A stretch of DNA of 61,121 nt, counting the filler, from Rhabdomonas costata (lineage: Eukaryota): the NCBI GenBank assembly GCA_019059605.1. It is 20 parts of 20 records of this genome, joined end to end, with 100 filler letters (N's around TTAATTAATTAA, not from the genome) between each part and the next. Parts side by side here need not be neighbours in the genome. Positions count along the whole stretch, not along the records: positions 33,698 to 36,658 come from JAHMHO010001648.1; positions 36,759 to 39,718 come from JAHMHO010001649.1; positions 39,819 to 42,777 come from JAHMHO010001650.1; positions 42,878 to 45,836 come from JAHMHO010001651.1; positions 45,937 to 48,897 come from JAHMHO010001652.1; 15 more parts are not named here. One strand, given 5' to 3'. The translations under genes were made by a program, and so were the position numbers. Numbering within the stretch: the first letter of the stretch is position 1; each line of letters opens with the position of its first letter. Below, piece by piece: positions 33,598 to 46,332 of the stretch. The notes under the pieces were generated by a model that was not told the origin of the DNA, searched no databases, and saw only the letters and a program-made list of their open reading frames with translations.

Positions 33598-35757
33598 NNN
33601 NNNNNNNNNNNNNNNNNNNNNNNNNNNNNNNNNNNNNNNNNTTAATTAATTAANNNNNNNNNNNNNNNNNNNNNNNNNNNNNNNNNNNNNNNNNNNNTTT
33701 TGCTCTCTTAACAGCACGAACGTTGCTCTCGTTCGTCTTGATCATTCTTGGCCTTCTATTTTTGGGTTCCTCTTTGCTTCTCATTACATTCAGAAATTTG
33801 GGGTTGAGATTTCCATTTTGCCAAGACACATCACGGGGGTGGAGAAGAAAGGGTCACCGAATATAGGACGGAAAAATTCTGCCGTCCCACCTCTTCCCCA
33901 CCTCTTGGTCGTCCTTCGTTTTCTTTGTCAGCCCAAATGGGATGAATGCTTCGTATTTTCCCTGCCATCGAACGGGCGCCCACCCGTACTTCATGTGGAG
34001 CTCTCCACCTGCTCGGAGCGCGTGGAATCTGCAGCCAGGTACGGCACTCACGGTGCTTCCTATGACACTGGGGTTTGTCTGGTTTCGGGTTTGGTATTTG
34101 GCTCGCGAGCTCCTCCTCCTCCTCATTCTTGGATGATGTGGGTGGGTGTCTGTGTGTGGTCCCAGTTTGGGTTCAGCTCAGCTTTTGCTGAGTTCGGCGC
34201 TCTCGAGTGCGGCGGTGGTTGAGGGCTGGCTTCCGCTCTCTATGGCGGGCAAAGGCGCCGCCCTGTTCCACAACGGCTCCGTGCTACTTCACATCGACAG
34301 CCGCCGGGTTTATTCCCGTTCCCTTCGTGCTGGTTTCATCACCCATTCTTTGCATTTGGGTAGGTGAGAGGTTGCGCTCTCTTGTCGTTTGTTGCCGTTG
34401 GTGTTCATATGCTTCCATATTGTTTCCACGGGTGCACGGCTGCATGACAGTTCTTACCGTTTCTTTCAAATAGAATATTTTGGAAATGTTGTTTTTGCGG
34501 CGATAAGGGAATCTAAAATCTGAAGTGAAGGGGGGGGGGGCTCGGCATCCTCTTCTCGGTTACTGGAACATCTAAGGTGAAGGAAAGCTGTGTGGCCTTT
34601 GAGCGACACTCAAAGTTGTCTTTCCAAATACCTCGGGCTGGCACCACCACCCGTTGCCATTTGCTAATCTCACCATGTGTCATGTGATTCGTATCGGGGG
34701 TGGCGCTCTGGCACCTCCGGGTCATTTGAGGACAAGGGCTTTGGCTTTGGCCACCACAGGGTGCATTAGTTGTAATTGGTAGGGTGCATGACGTTCTGCC
34801 TCACTTCCCCCTCCCCTGTTTCCCCATCTCTTTCATCTCTTTCACCGAAAAATGTCCTTGCTCACAGATTCCGGGAAGCAGTGCAGGTCACTAGAGATGC
34901 ATCCCCCCCGCAGCGAACGAACGTCCTGTGAATATCTTTGGGTGGGGCTGCCGGTTGGAACGTCCCTCCGTTTTGCGTTCTTCTTTCCTCCCCGGGTGTT
35001 ATGTCGTTTCTTTGTGTGTCCTTTCATATGCTTCTGCAATTTCTGGTTTCCCTCGACTGCGATCTACTTTCCTTTTGCAGGGAACCCAGCGTACCACCAA
35101 AGTGGTGTCGCATGTTGTGCATACGAACCCTGTACATGAGTGCCTCGTTTTTCTTCCCTCCCTTTCGTGGCTATTTCCGTTGGGCGTGGTCTTGGCGATG
35201 GAAGAGTCAATGGTTAACTTCCAGTGACCTAAAACCTCGAAGCCCTGTCATTCACACAGAACTGAAATAGAAAGCGCCGCTTCCCCACGTCGACCTCGTG
35301 GCATTACGGATCGTCCCCCTTTTCCCCGCTTAGGGAAATTGTCAGAAAACGCACTTTGGTTTTTTCGTGGTTTTATCTCGTTGAACTTCATGATGAAGGT
35401 GACAGCATCGCATCCTGACCTCATGCACACATTCTAGTAACGTAATGGAAACCGAAAGTTACCATGTTTGCGAAAATATGCTCGAGTCCTTGAATCCCCC
35501 GATTGGCAATTTGCACTTGATTCCCCACAAAAAAATGTAGCTCCTCATAACTTTTGGTGGTGCATCTTATGTATCTTATGCGTTGCCGCGATCCGCGTTT
35601 TTCGCGTCTTTGTTTTGCTAAGATTTTTTTACCCATTGCTGATTATTTATTAATTGTGTGTGCTGCTTTTAACGTGGCATGCTTCTTTGAACTGGTATTT
35701 CGAACTTAACCAAAACCAAACTCAAGTCCGGTGTAACTGATCCATCCAAAGCTTGCA

Positions 35758-36439
35758 ATGGCACAAGTTAGTCCGGAGAAGATGTTTGAGGAGATCGTGG
35801 CGCAGTCGAACCAGTTTGAGCAGCACGAAAAGGCCTTCCAAGAAGTACGCCCCTTTATCTCTCTTGTGCTGCTTGATCTGTTCTTCTCCAACGTGCTTGG
35901 GGGGGGGTGCTGCTTTGTGCTTTGTCGAACAATCTCCGCCGCTGCACTCTTGAGAACTAATGCCCGCGATAAAATCCCTCTTATTGTTTTGTGTGCATGT
36001 GCATGTGCATGTCCATCTGCATTTACGGGGGGCGATTGTGACAGCTCCTGATGGAGCTGGAGGGTGACGAACTGATGGAGCCCTTCCGCAAGGAGTACGA
36101 GACGCTGCACCATTCCTTTCTCAAGAGCCACGAGAGTGAGAAGCGGCTGATTAAGAAGTGCCAGGACCTCTCCGCAGAGATTCTGGCCTGCCAGAACAAG
36201 GTATGTGTGTGTTGCGTACTCTCACACAGAGAGTTTGAAGTGTGTGCTTTCTCCTTGTTTCAGCACTTTTGAACCAACAAAACGAAATTAAGGAACCTTG
36301 GTGATGGGCACAGGTTCGGATTGCAGAGGAGCTTACCGCGGGGGACCACTCCACGATCGACTCGCTGCGCAAAGAGATCGGGAGGGCTCGGCAGAAGCTT
36401 GAGGTCAGCCGCGACAGCGAAGTCCAAAAGAAGGAGGAC
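35758..36439 (+). CDS. CFAP58: Cilia/flagella-associated protein 58 (CCDC147), first three exons 35758-35844, 36045-36200, 36314-36439
   Basis: FQELLMELEGDELMEPFRKEYETLHHSFLKSHESEKRLIKKCQDLSAEI..NKVRIAEEL..D.STIDSLRKEI matches the CFAP58 N-terminus; all phase-0 GT-AG joins. Confidence 0.82.
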
Positions 36440-39173
36440 GTATGGGCCACATCACCTTCCCCCACGCCCACACTGACGCCCCTCACCCGCGCACTCACAT
36501 ACTTACACACAAACACACACAGTGCTCCTTTTCTTTTTCAGACGTAGTATTTTTGGTTTGTGGTTTGTTTCCGTGCACGTAAGCTCACTCCCTCACTAGC
36601 TAATTCAAAGTGGTTCATCCGGTCCTGCCCGTTATAATGCAGTTGCTGACCGTCCCCCNNNNNNNNNNNNNNNNNNNNNNNNNNNNNNNNNNNNNNNNNN
36701 NNTTAATTAATTAANNNNNNNNNNNNNNNNNNNNNNNNNNNNNNNNNNNNNNNNNNNNGTGGGTGGTGGTACTTACCGAAGGGGTGGTGATTTAGTATGG
36801 GACAGCGGGTCTATCAAGACAGCCGGGACAAGTCACAACTTAACCGGCGAGAAGCAATGGTAGGGACACACGCACGTAGTGCGTGATAGTGGAAATTCGA
36901 AACGAACGGCATCCCCCCTTTTATATGGGGACGCGTGGTCCCGCTCTTGAATTTTGTATTTGCGCGCATTTAGTGAATACAACATTATGTTTATGTATGC
37001 GTGTGGACATTTGTTTTTTGTGTTTCATGTCGCGAAAAGTTGGAATTGTGCTTTGTATATGTGGCGAACGTTTTCTGAAAGTGGTGGCGTGTGAGTGCGT
37101 ACATATGTGCGTGCGTGAACAGGACACTCATTTGGAAACAGGGGAGAGCAACGGGAGGGGGCGGGGCTGAACTTAAAAGGAAAGGAAGGGAAGGAAAAGA
37201 GCTTCTTCCAATAAGTTCACGAAAAATGCGCCCACCAGCTTGGGTAACATGTAGTGCCTGAAGGGCGCACATCATCAGCGCGCAAATTCTGCCCCCAGAC
37301 CAACGACAAAACACAGAGCTTCAAAAAGAGAATTCACCCAGGACAGACCATGCCTACCGTAAACTAACCTGAAGAAAACCAACCTGACCTGCTCCAAGCT
37401 GTGACTGTGAAGACCACTCTCAACAATTCAGCTGCAACCAAATTACGCTGCGGACCACAGGACAAGAGGTTGCTTCCAGATAATTACCACATGATAGACT
37501 TCAGTGCAGCGCTGCGGCCGAACATATAAGACATTCAGGTGAGTTAAGGATACATCCTACCATAAATCACAACTGCGCACAACACCCATTATCGTGATTG
37601 CATTTCCAGCTTCTTCATACCCTCATCAGTCCCGCATCATACTTGTTAGACAAGGGTTCTCAGAACTACGTGTGTGAAGTGGTCCGATGTTGTGGTTCTC
37701 ATCGCGGTGGGGGTAGGTGTCGGGCTGTGACCGGGCGTGTTTGTCGTGCTGGCGGGTGCGGGTGAAGCAAATTTGTTGCCACGGATCTTGTGGTCAAAGC
37801 CGCTGACGACCCTGTACGCACGCGATGGTACCTTCGTTGTGGAGAGCTGAGCGGCTGGTAAAGCACCACAAAAGACAGGAAGAGAGCCCTCGAACCATAG
37901 AGCTTGACGAAGCTGTCCAGTCTTGTACCATTCTTGGGTGTGTAGACTGGGGAAAGAAACCGGCCGCACGTGACGCTTTGCTACAATGCTGTCGTGCGCA
38001 GGTTTCTACTGAAGACGTCCCCTTTTGCTCTTTTATTCGGGTGAGACGAAATATCAACCGCCACAGAAAAATGAAGTCGGAGTCCCAAAAGAAAACAACG
38101 TCATTGGACACAATTAGCCCCCCGTCACAACCGACCTCTTCAGGTCCTTCCAGCCCTCCGCCTAAGCTGACACTTGCCCCCTCTACGGTGTGATGGCGAT
38201 TCCTCCGCCCCAGAGCACCCAAAAACCTCCCCGCCACTACAGGACTACATTCAAACATCCAAAGATGCACGCCGCAGCCCGGAAAACAAAATTACCCCCC
38301 ACCCCCACACGCACTACACCGCAGTCCATCACAGCCACAGCCCAAACCACCCTCATCGCATCCGATCATAAAAAAGCCCAACTGGGCGTCCTGAGACAAC
38401 GCAAATTTCCTGATTATCCCTCCCTTTCCCAAATCTGCCAATTCCTCTCTCGAAGAAAATTGCACGAAAAGGACACGAGGACAAAAGATGTTACTGGACC
38501 GTAAGGCCGTTCTCATGGGCACAGGGGAGCAATCTGGAGATAAAGAAGGAGGGTGAAAGGGGGGTAACATTTCGCTAGATAAAATCAGCGAGGTACAGAC
38601 ATTCACTGAGCCGCAAAATCAGCGGGAAAAGGGATCGAAAGAAACGCAGGGAAAATAATAAAGAGAAGACGCCACGCACGCAGCCGAAATACAGCAGGCT
38701 TTTGGAGCGTGGGGCATACAGTGGAGGTGGAGGATGCCGGTGTAAACAAGCGCCAACCCATACTTACCGATACCTTGGAGAAGATAACCTCAAATCCTCT
38801 GCTCTCCCATCCTATGTATCTGAGGTTCTTTGCAATTAGTATTATTGCTATTTGGGTGGCAGTATGAGGTGGTTTGTGAAACGGAAAGAGGTTGCGCAAC
38901 GAGGCATCACAAGCAACACTCCAAACTGAAGAAGAAAAGATAAGGCAGCCTCCAGGTCGCCCCGCCCGCAAACGGCAGAGTTTAAAGTGCCTGCCGTAGG
39001 GTTGGGGACCCAAAAGCTCATTGACGCGAAGGCCCCCTGGGGCATCACCCATCCTGCCACGAGCTCGCCCGAGAGACGTGCGCCGGAGTGAGAGCTGGCT
39101 GGGGGTCCCCCGCAAAAAAAAATAGCCAGGAGGTGATAGCTAAAGGGGCAGACGCTTTTGTGGATGCAGGGCG

Positions 39174-39322
39174 TCACCACCAAGGAGGTCGTGGCTGCTG
39201 TCCATATAGACTCTCGGTGTCCACGTAGCGCAAGGTGACCTTGTCAGGGTTATTGGGGAAGTTGCATTGCACCTCCTGAACCATGAACCGCGATAGCGGC
39301 GGGAACAGCACCTCGTCCTCCT
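39174..39322 (-). CDS. Terminal exon of a mono-ADP-ribosyltransferase-domain protein
   Basis: CAG|xEDEVLFPPLSRFMVQEV...* contains the ExE-VLF-P catalytic motif of R-S-E class ARTs. Absent from the ORF track. Confidence 0.6.
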
Positions 39323-39928
39323 CTGTGCGTGCATGCGTGTTGGGCGCATTGCGCGCATGCTGTGGCGTGGTTGACTGGCTGCTTGCTTGTTAGTGACCGA
39401 AGTAGACTGATGAAAGTTGTTGCTGACTGCTTGTTTTTTTTGAGGTGAATGTCGCACTAACCACTGCGTTGCGAGGAGGATACTGCTGACCTGAGACTGC
39501 GGACCACCTTTCTCTGATTGACGGGAAACCTACAATGCCGGCCAGTGAAACCCTGTGAAGGCTGAAATCTACAATGCTGGCCAGAAACCTGCGGATTTCC
39601 AGGTGGACACTGTGAAAAACAGTCCGAAATCACGAAACCCAGTGCCAGGACATTCACTGCCTGGTGTACTAGTACTAGCACTAGTGCACAAGCCCGATCA
39701 AAGAAATCAACACACACCNNNNNNNNNNNNNNNNNNNNNNNNNNNNNNNNNNNNNNNNNNNNTTAATTAATTAANNNNNNNNNNNNNNNNNNNNNNNNNN
39801 NNNNNNNNNNNNNNNNNNGGGGTGGGGTCTAGTTTTGCGCTCTGTAGTGTGTTCCTTCTCCTCTTTGTAGTGTGCTCCTTCTTTCTGGCTCTCCAACGGG
39901 TTTGTGTTTTGCGAATGTGTCACTTCAG

Positions 39929-41183
39929 CCTGAGCTCCCACTTGGATCACTTGGGATGCACTGATGTGGTCTCGATGTTCCTGGGATCGCTTCTGGGTGT
40001 CTCCGCGCCGTACACCATTCACGACATGGCGCTGGACGCGGCGGCGCTTCTGGACCACCTTGGCGTGCCGCAGGCCCACCTATGCGGGTTCAGCATGGGA
40101 GGGCTGATCGTGCAGCAGATGGCGGTCAGCTTCCCGGAGCGTGTGCTGTCACTGACCACGGTGTCGTCGCCGGCAGGTCTGAGCGGGACCTCGCTTCGTG
40201 GAACGATAGCTGTGCTTCAGCTGAGCTCGCAGGACCCCGACGATGACATCCAGCGTACGGTGAATGTGGTGAAGAGCGTATCCACTCGGAAGTACTTTGA
40301 TGAGCAGGAGTACGTACGTTTTTATGTTTCCGAAATTAAATGAATTGGTTGCCGAGCGGTTTTCTTCTGTTTGGGATGGGGATGCCTCCCAGTTCTTGTG
40401 AAATTCAAGGTTTGGGTTAGCAGAAAAGGCGATCTACAGATTGCCCACTTCTCAAGCTGGCCGGGATTTTGCGATTCTTGCCGGTGAGACCTGTTGCAAC
40501 CAAAATTGGCGTCAAAAAAGTGTGTGCACTGTTGTTTGCCCTTTTCATTTCGTAGATGCGAAGCCTGCGTGCGGGAGGTCGTCGCTCGCTCTCCATACAT
40601 CGGAGGGGTGCCCCGCCAGCTGGCCGCCATCCTGGCCACGGGCTATGGGGTCCCTGATGTCCACACCGTGCGGGCCCCGACGATGGTCTTCCACGGCACG
40701 GAGGATCCCATCGTCCCCCCGGAGTCCGGGAAAGTCCTGGCGAGCGCCATCTCCGGGGCGCGGCTGTTCATGCTGAAGGACGGGGCCCACGATCTTCCCC
40801 CGGAGATCGATGAGATTCTGATCGACGGGCTGAAGGAGAACGCCGGGATCGTGGACCAGCGCCTGCCTGAGCACTACGCTGGGTACGAGGCGGAGGGCCG
40901 CTCGGAGCCCTACAATCATGACGAGTATGATCAGCACTACGACAGTTACGCGCGGGAGAACGACGATGTGTCGTCTTCGGCGCAGTACTCTGCAGAAAAT
41001 TGGTCGTTTGACTCCCACCCTCTGTCCGCCTCGACACCTTCCGATTTCTCTGCCTCTGCCTTATCCTCCGATGGTGATTATGGCTATCCCCCTCAGGAGG
41101 ATGCCTACGCTTCAGGCTGGGCACTGCGGTCTTCGGACGAGTCCTACCCTCCTGAGTATGCCGGGCGCGTGATCTCTGCGTGA
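39929..41183 (+). CDS. Alpha/beta hydrolase (bacterial-like esterase), 3' part; exons 39929-40309, 40556-41183
   Basis: PYTIHDMALDAAALLDHLG, nucleophile GFSMGG, HGTEDPIV, GAHDLP; acidic low-complexity tail. Confidence 0.9.
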
Positions 41184-42577
41184 CGCACCCTGACCTTTGC
41201 TTGGATGGCTGGCTTTCGCTCTTTTGTTTTCTGTGGTCCAGTGAGGAAGCTTTCTGTTCTTCCTTCGGATCCCTAGCACTTTTCTTTTTTGCTTTTGTAC
41301 CTCTTTCTTTTGTTCGGAAACTTTAAAAGCGATGCCCGTTGGGCAGTACTCACAACTCATATTTTGAGAGGATCTCGGAATCGGGTGTTTGTTTCTGTGT
41401 GGATACACGGTGCCGAGTGGCAACGACGCTTCGGACATTTCGGAGGTTGTCATTCGTAATCTGTGCTTTCCACCGGTTCTCTGCCAACCTTTGGTTTTTT
41501 TTGGTGGGGGATGAAGAACCGTGAGTTTCCCCGCGAGCCTGGATAGACATTGACTTTCCGTCTGCCGTCCAGACAGCTCTTTCCAGCATGGAATGGGTTG
41601 ATTAGTAATGCGAGTAGGTCAGCGTGCTGTTCAACGGATAGAACGGGTTGTGATGCCTGGGGTGCCCGTGGGTAGCGTCTGTGGTTCAGGCACAAGGGGG
41701 TTCCCTACCTCCAAACCTCGCTCCATATCTTCGGTGCGTTGAACGTCCAAAGGACAACGGCAAATACACCGCCAGTTTTGATGAAAGCAAACCCTGGGAC
41801 GTCTTGGGCTGCGAAGACGGTCTGTACGATCCAAGGGTCAAGGGCCCGCAGGGATTTAACTCCCCCAAAAAGTGGGAAAGTTGCCTTCTTTTTTTTTCTT
41901 TTTTTTTTTGGTGAGATGGTTATTTCGGCATCCAAGAAATTGTAAACTCAACTTGGATATATCGCGGTGGACGCTTTTATCGGGCGAGTGCACACCTAGC
42001 ACCAATTTTTCTGGTGGAAAATTCTTGTAAACGCAAATTCTGGATTAGCACAGTAAAGAGGTTTAAATCAAAATACGGGCACAGTTTAGGTACTATGGGA
42101 CATCAGTGAGCTCGGTTGACGATATTTCTGGTGGTATATGATTAAAACAAGGAGACGACCGTTGTTTGCAGCATAATCTAGTTCCTCCTTGTAAAGTCTC
42201 GCGATTTTCGTACAAAAAACATAAAGAAAAATAAGTGCACTATATATTCGCAAAGTAGAAATCTCCACCCCGATAGATGAACCCAACCCAACCCGACCCT
42301 GTTCTCTCCCGCAGTCGCGGGTAAGCTCCGAGGGGGGGGGGGGGGGGCGGCAGCGCTTCCTTGTGGAGCTTCTTCGTTCTTCTTTCCTGGGGTTACGGTG
42401 CTGCAGAGAGAAAGTCAGCGCTGCCTCTCCGGTTCGTATCCAAACGGGAAAATGGGTGCCACCACACAGTCCTGTTTTTGCCTTGTTTTACATGGTCGCA
42501 ACAACATAATTTCTATTATTTGCTCAGCGGCATTCTTCTTTGCTCTTTTCCGTTGGAGTAAGCGCAGATAAAGTATA

Positions 42578-42777
42578 ATGCCGCTGGTCACCGTCCGGTA
42601 CTGCCCGAGCGCGGGGCAGGACATCCAGCTCTTCTACGACACCTTCGGGGACCGCAGCACGGGGCAGCCCCTGCTGCTGGTGATGGGGCTTGGGGGGCAG
42701 ATGATCCTTTGGCGGACGGAGTTCTGCGAGAGGCTGGCGGAGGAGGGCTTCTTTGTGATCCGGTTTGACAACCGACA
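42578..42777 (+). CDS. Alpha/beta hydrolase, 5' part of the next copy
   Basis: FYDTFGD..PLLLVMGLGGQMILW..FCERLAEEGFFVIRFDNR; truncated by the contig end. Confidence 0.88.
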
Positions 42778-42958
42778 NNNNNNNNNNNNNNNNNNNNNNN
42801 NNNNNNNNNNNNNNNNNNNNNTTAATTAATTAANNNNNNNNNNNNNNNNNNNNNNNNNNNNNNNNNNNNNNNNNNNNGGTGTTGGGGTGGCACTTTTGCA
42901 CGTCTCCCGTCCTTCTTTCGCCGTGCAGCCTTTCTCGTTTTCACTGCGTCATGGTTGA

Positions 42959-44789
42959 TTGAATTGGGCCATGGCAGCTTTCGGGCTGTCTCCGGTCACG
43001 TGCATGGGGTTTCCTTCCCAGCCGGACAGCCAGTCTGTGTTCAGTGTGCTCGCTTCGCAGCCCACCGGCGTGCGGAGCGGTGTTCTGGCTGCGTTGAGTG
43101 CGCAGCTAGGGGAGGCTCAGCCTTCGCGGCAGCGGCCGTCCTCATGGCCATCGAAGGGGCAGCTGCAGCCCAGCTGGTGCAAAAGCTCCTCCTCGTGGGC
43201 TCGTCCGGACTCCCCTCCTGCTCGGTCGGCCACATGCACAGTCATCCGCAACGTTCTTGCTGATCTTCGGGCGATATGGGACGGGAAGAGAGCTGGTGCG
43301 CCTTCCGTGCCCGTCCGCGTGGCTGGCGAACCGTCTTCTGCACCGGTCGTGTCTTTGGCGGTCGGAGTGCAGACCCAGACCGACGCGGGGGAGGACAAGA
43401 TTCAAGCTAACGGTGCAACCTCGGTGGGCAGGTGCGTCCCCACTGCGGCAAGCCAGCAGGCCGTAGCGGAACCCAATGGTGGAGTTCTGTCCCTTGACGC
43501 CGGCACCAACACAGCGGCGCCAAGGGTAGAGGAAGCCTCGACATCGCCTCGGTCCCCATTCCCAGCTCGATCTCGGGTCACCATGGTATCTGCACCGACT
43601 TCCCCTCTGGTACTTTCGCCCTCTCTGGAGAAGGTTGCAGTACTTCCAGACCCGTCATCTGCTGGGAGCCCTTCAGCCTTCTTGCCTTCCCACCCCATGA
43701 GTACGATTCCAAGACCTCAAGTGCACAGTGGGGCCCCGAAGTTGAGCGCCGATGAGCTGTACATGGGGTTGAAGAGGGAGATCGAAGCGCTGGAGGCTCT
43801 TCACGACGCTGTGTCCCAGGCTGCTGATGTTGGAGCTGCAGTTCGGGTTCGGCGGGCGGAGGTGTGCCTCTGGCAACGTGAATTCTTTAATTCCACAAGC
43901 ACCGGCCCAGCACCTGTGTCCCCACCCTTCCAGCTCATGCCTTGCCGAATGTAAGAGTGTTTGAGAAGAGTCTATTCAATGGTCGCTTTGTTGCAGAGCT
44001 CGCAGTACTTCGATCTCGTGATCTCCCGTTGCTCCGAGAAACATTGCGAGTGTAGCGCAAAAAGTAATCGCGCGGAGAAGGTTCGTATTGCCGAAAATGA
44101 TCGGGGCACCGCGGCATGATTCTAACGAGCCTGTCAGTGGTGTTTTATTCCTGATAAAGTCTGGAAATTCTGCTGAAACCTCCGAACAGCTGCGTAACTC
44201 TGAACAGAAATATGGCCTCTAGGTTTCCTCAGCTTATGGTCACACATCTTCGCCGCCCAACAGTGCATTTGCCCGAAAATTGCTCGTTTGCCGCGCAAAC
44301 TTTCGTTTCGCACATGAAAGTAACAATGCTCTTCACGTGACCCGTACGGCACAGTGCCGTGGCAGAGTACGTCTGCAGCACTTCGAGGGTGGGGTGGGGT
44401 GGGTTCCGCAACACAGGGAATGAGAGAATTAAATGTGTGGCTGTGGTGGCAAAGGAGGGGAACGTGCGAAACATCAGTTGCCCTGTTGTTTTACTCGAAA
44501 AATATTGCCTACAGGTTACACGAATACCTCCTATGGAGTGCATCTCCAAAGACTCTCGCCTTCTCTTTGGTAGCGCGGATATTGTGGGTGTATTGTGTAG
44601 GACAGATTGCAGAGATTGCTTTGGGATTGTTTTTCGTTTTTTGTATGCTGCCTTCGCTTTGTTGTACAGGAGTGTGAGATCGATTCGTTGGCGACTCTGC
44701 TTACCCAACATCAGCGCCGGCAGAACTTAGAGCAGGCGATGCTCACAAAAGAACTTGAGCATCAGCTCGCCTTGTGCAAGCAGCAGCAG

Positions 44790-44820
<31 letters not shown>

Positions 44821-45180
44821 TGCAACTGCAGCAGCAGCAGCTCCGTGCTCCGCCCGTGCCCTGCCCGTGCCCGTATTGCATGGAGTCATCCCTGCCGTAC
44901 CCTGCTGCCGCAGCGAGCTCCTCCCGCGACGTGGGCGTGGGTGGGGAGCCGCCTTGCCTGTGGATTCCTGACATCTGTGCGTGCCCTTTTTGCCGAGTAG
45001 GCGCGGATCCTGCCCATCCCCAGCCTCATCCGATGATGACCGCGCAGGCGCCCGTGGAACCTAAGATGCCACCGACAAGGGCAAAGACTCCGCTCGCTCC
45101 CGTGGATACAGCTGTCTCCCCCATGACTCCGGCCGCACCACTGGCGGAGTTAGGGGGGGCAACAACAACCTCGGCATGTG
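42959..45180 (+). CDS. Low-complexity/coiled-coil protein with poly-Q; weak resemblance to a CEP350 segment
   Basis: Exon ending 43861 joins exon starting 44670 in phase: REIEALEALHDAVSQAADV..EIDSLATLLTQHQRRQ; CAG/CAA tract 44781-44840. Confidence 0.4.
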
Positions 45181-45936
45181 CGCGCTGCCCTCCCGTAATA
45201 CTCACCAGAAACCTTCAGTCCACCCCCACCACAAGTCCAAAATGTTCTTTAAGATGAAGCCTCACTTTCTGGTTGCCCATGGTTCGCACGATAGTACCGG
45301 TTGCATATTTGTTACTGGTCTCATTTGTCCTTGCTCTTGACAGAGCACCGTTTTCTCCCTTTTGGGGGGCAATCTCAGACTGCGGTGAACACCGATTTTC
45401 AGGCTGCACCTGTCAGTGCCGCCCGCCCTGCGAAGCCAATCACAGTGGTTGCCGTGAGAATGCCCAGCGATGAGCACGGGATGGTGAGGCACCTCACCCG
45501 TCACGTGAGCCGAAGGGACCGCAGGAAGGGCCGCGCGGGCACCACAATTGAGCGCCGCCGGTATGACTCCCTTCCCATATGCCACGCGATTAATACGTCA
45601 AAGCTAAACGCAATGAGGTAAATGTCGGAGAGATTCCCTCCCCCGTCGTTTTGCACACGCATCGCTTCTTGCCAGTGTCCAGTTGGAGCTGGACCAATGT
45701 TCAGTGCCCACGTTGCCTTACTCCACTAAACCGTCATTTTCTGTGACCAGGCCTGTTAGGTTTCAAAGTGAAACTGAGAATGGGCACCAACAACGCAACT
45801 GTGTGTATCTCGTTTCACCAAACAGAGTCCTAGTTTNNNNNNNNNNNNNNNNNNNNNNNNNNNNNNNNNNNNNNNNNNNNTTAATTAATTAANNNNNNNN
45901 NNNNNNNNNNNNNNNNNNNNNNNNNNNNNNNNNNNN

Positions 45937-46332
45937 TCTTTGCGTAGCTAATTGCGACCTGGTCCGGGACTAGTCGATGTTGTTTTCGTTGCTCGACTCG
46001 GACGAGCCATTCAAGAAAGTGCTCAAGTTTCCCGTCAAACTTTTCGAATTCTGGGTTTGCTTCTTGAAGTAGTAGGCCCGTAGGCCTGCTGCTTCTGCAG
46101 TATCCGGCTGGTGAAAGCCGGTGACGGTATGGAGTGATTGCCCCGTAACTTGCACGAAATTTTGCATCATGTTCATTAGGGCTGTTTGGTTTTGTGCCAT
46201 TAGAGTCATGGCTTGGCCCAGTAGGCTGGCTGGTGTGAATGCCTGCGGTAGAGGCGCTTGCTGCGGTACCTGAGGTCTTGGGGGTAATCCTGCAGGGTTT
46301 GGTGTTCCTCCTTCAGCTTGGTTACCGCTCAT
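45937..46332 (-). pseudogene. Retrotransposon gag N-terminus with a frameshift
   Basis: ATG 46332 opens a P/Q-rich leader; the -1 frame from about 46075 reads EANPEFEKFDGKLEHFLEWLVRVEQRKQHRLVPDQVAISYAK, a gag-like FDG..WL..VE pattern. Confidence 0.65.
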
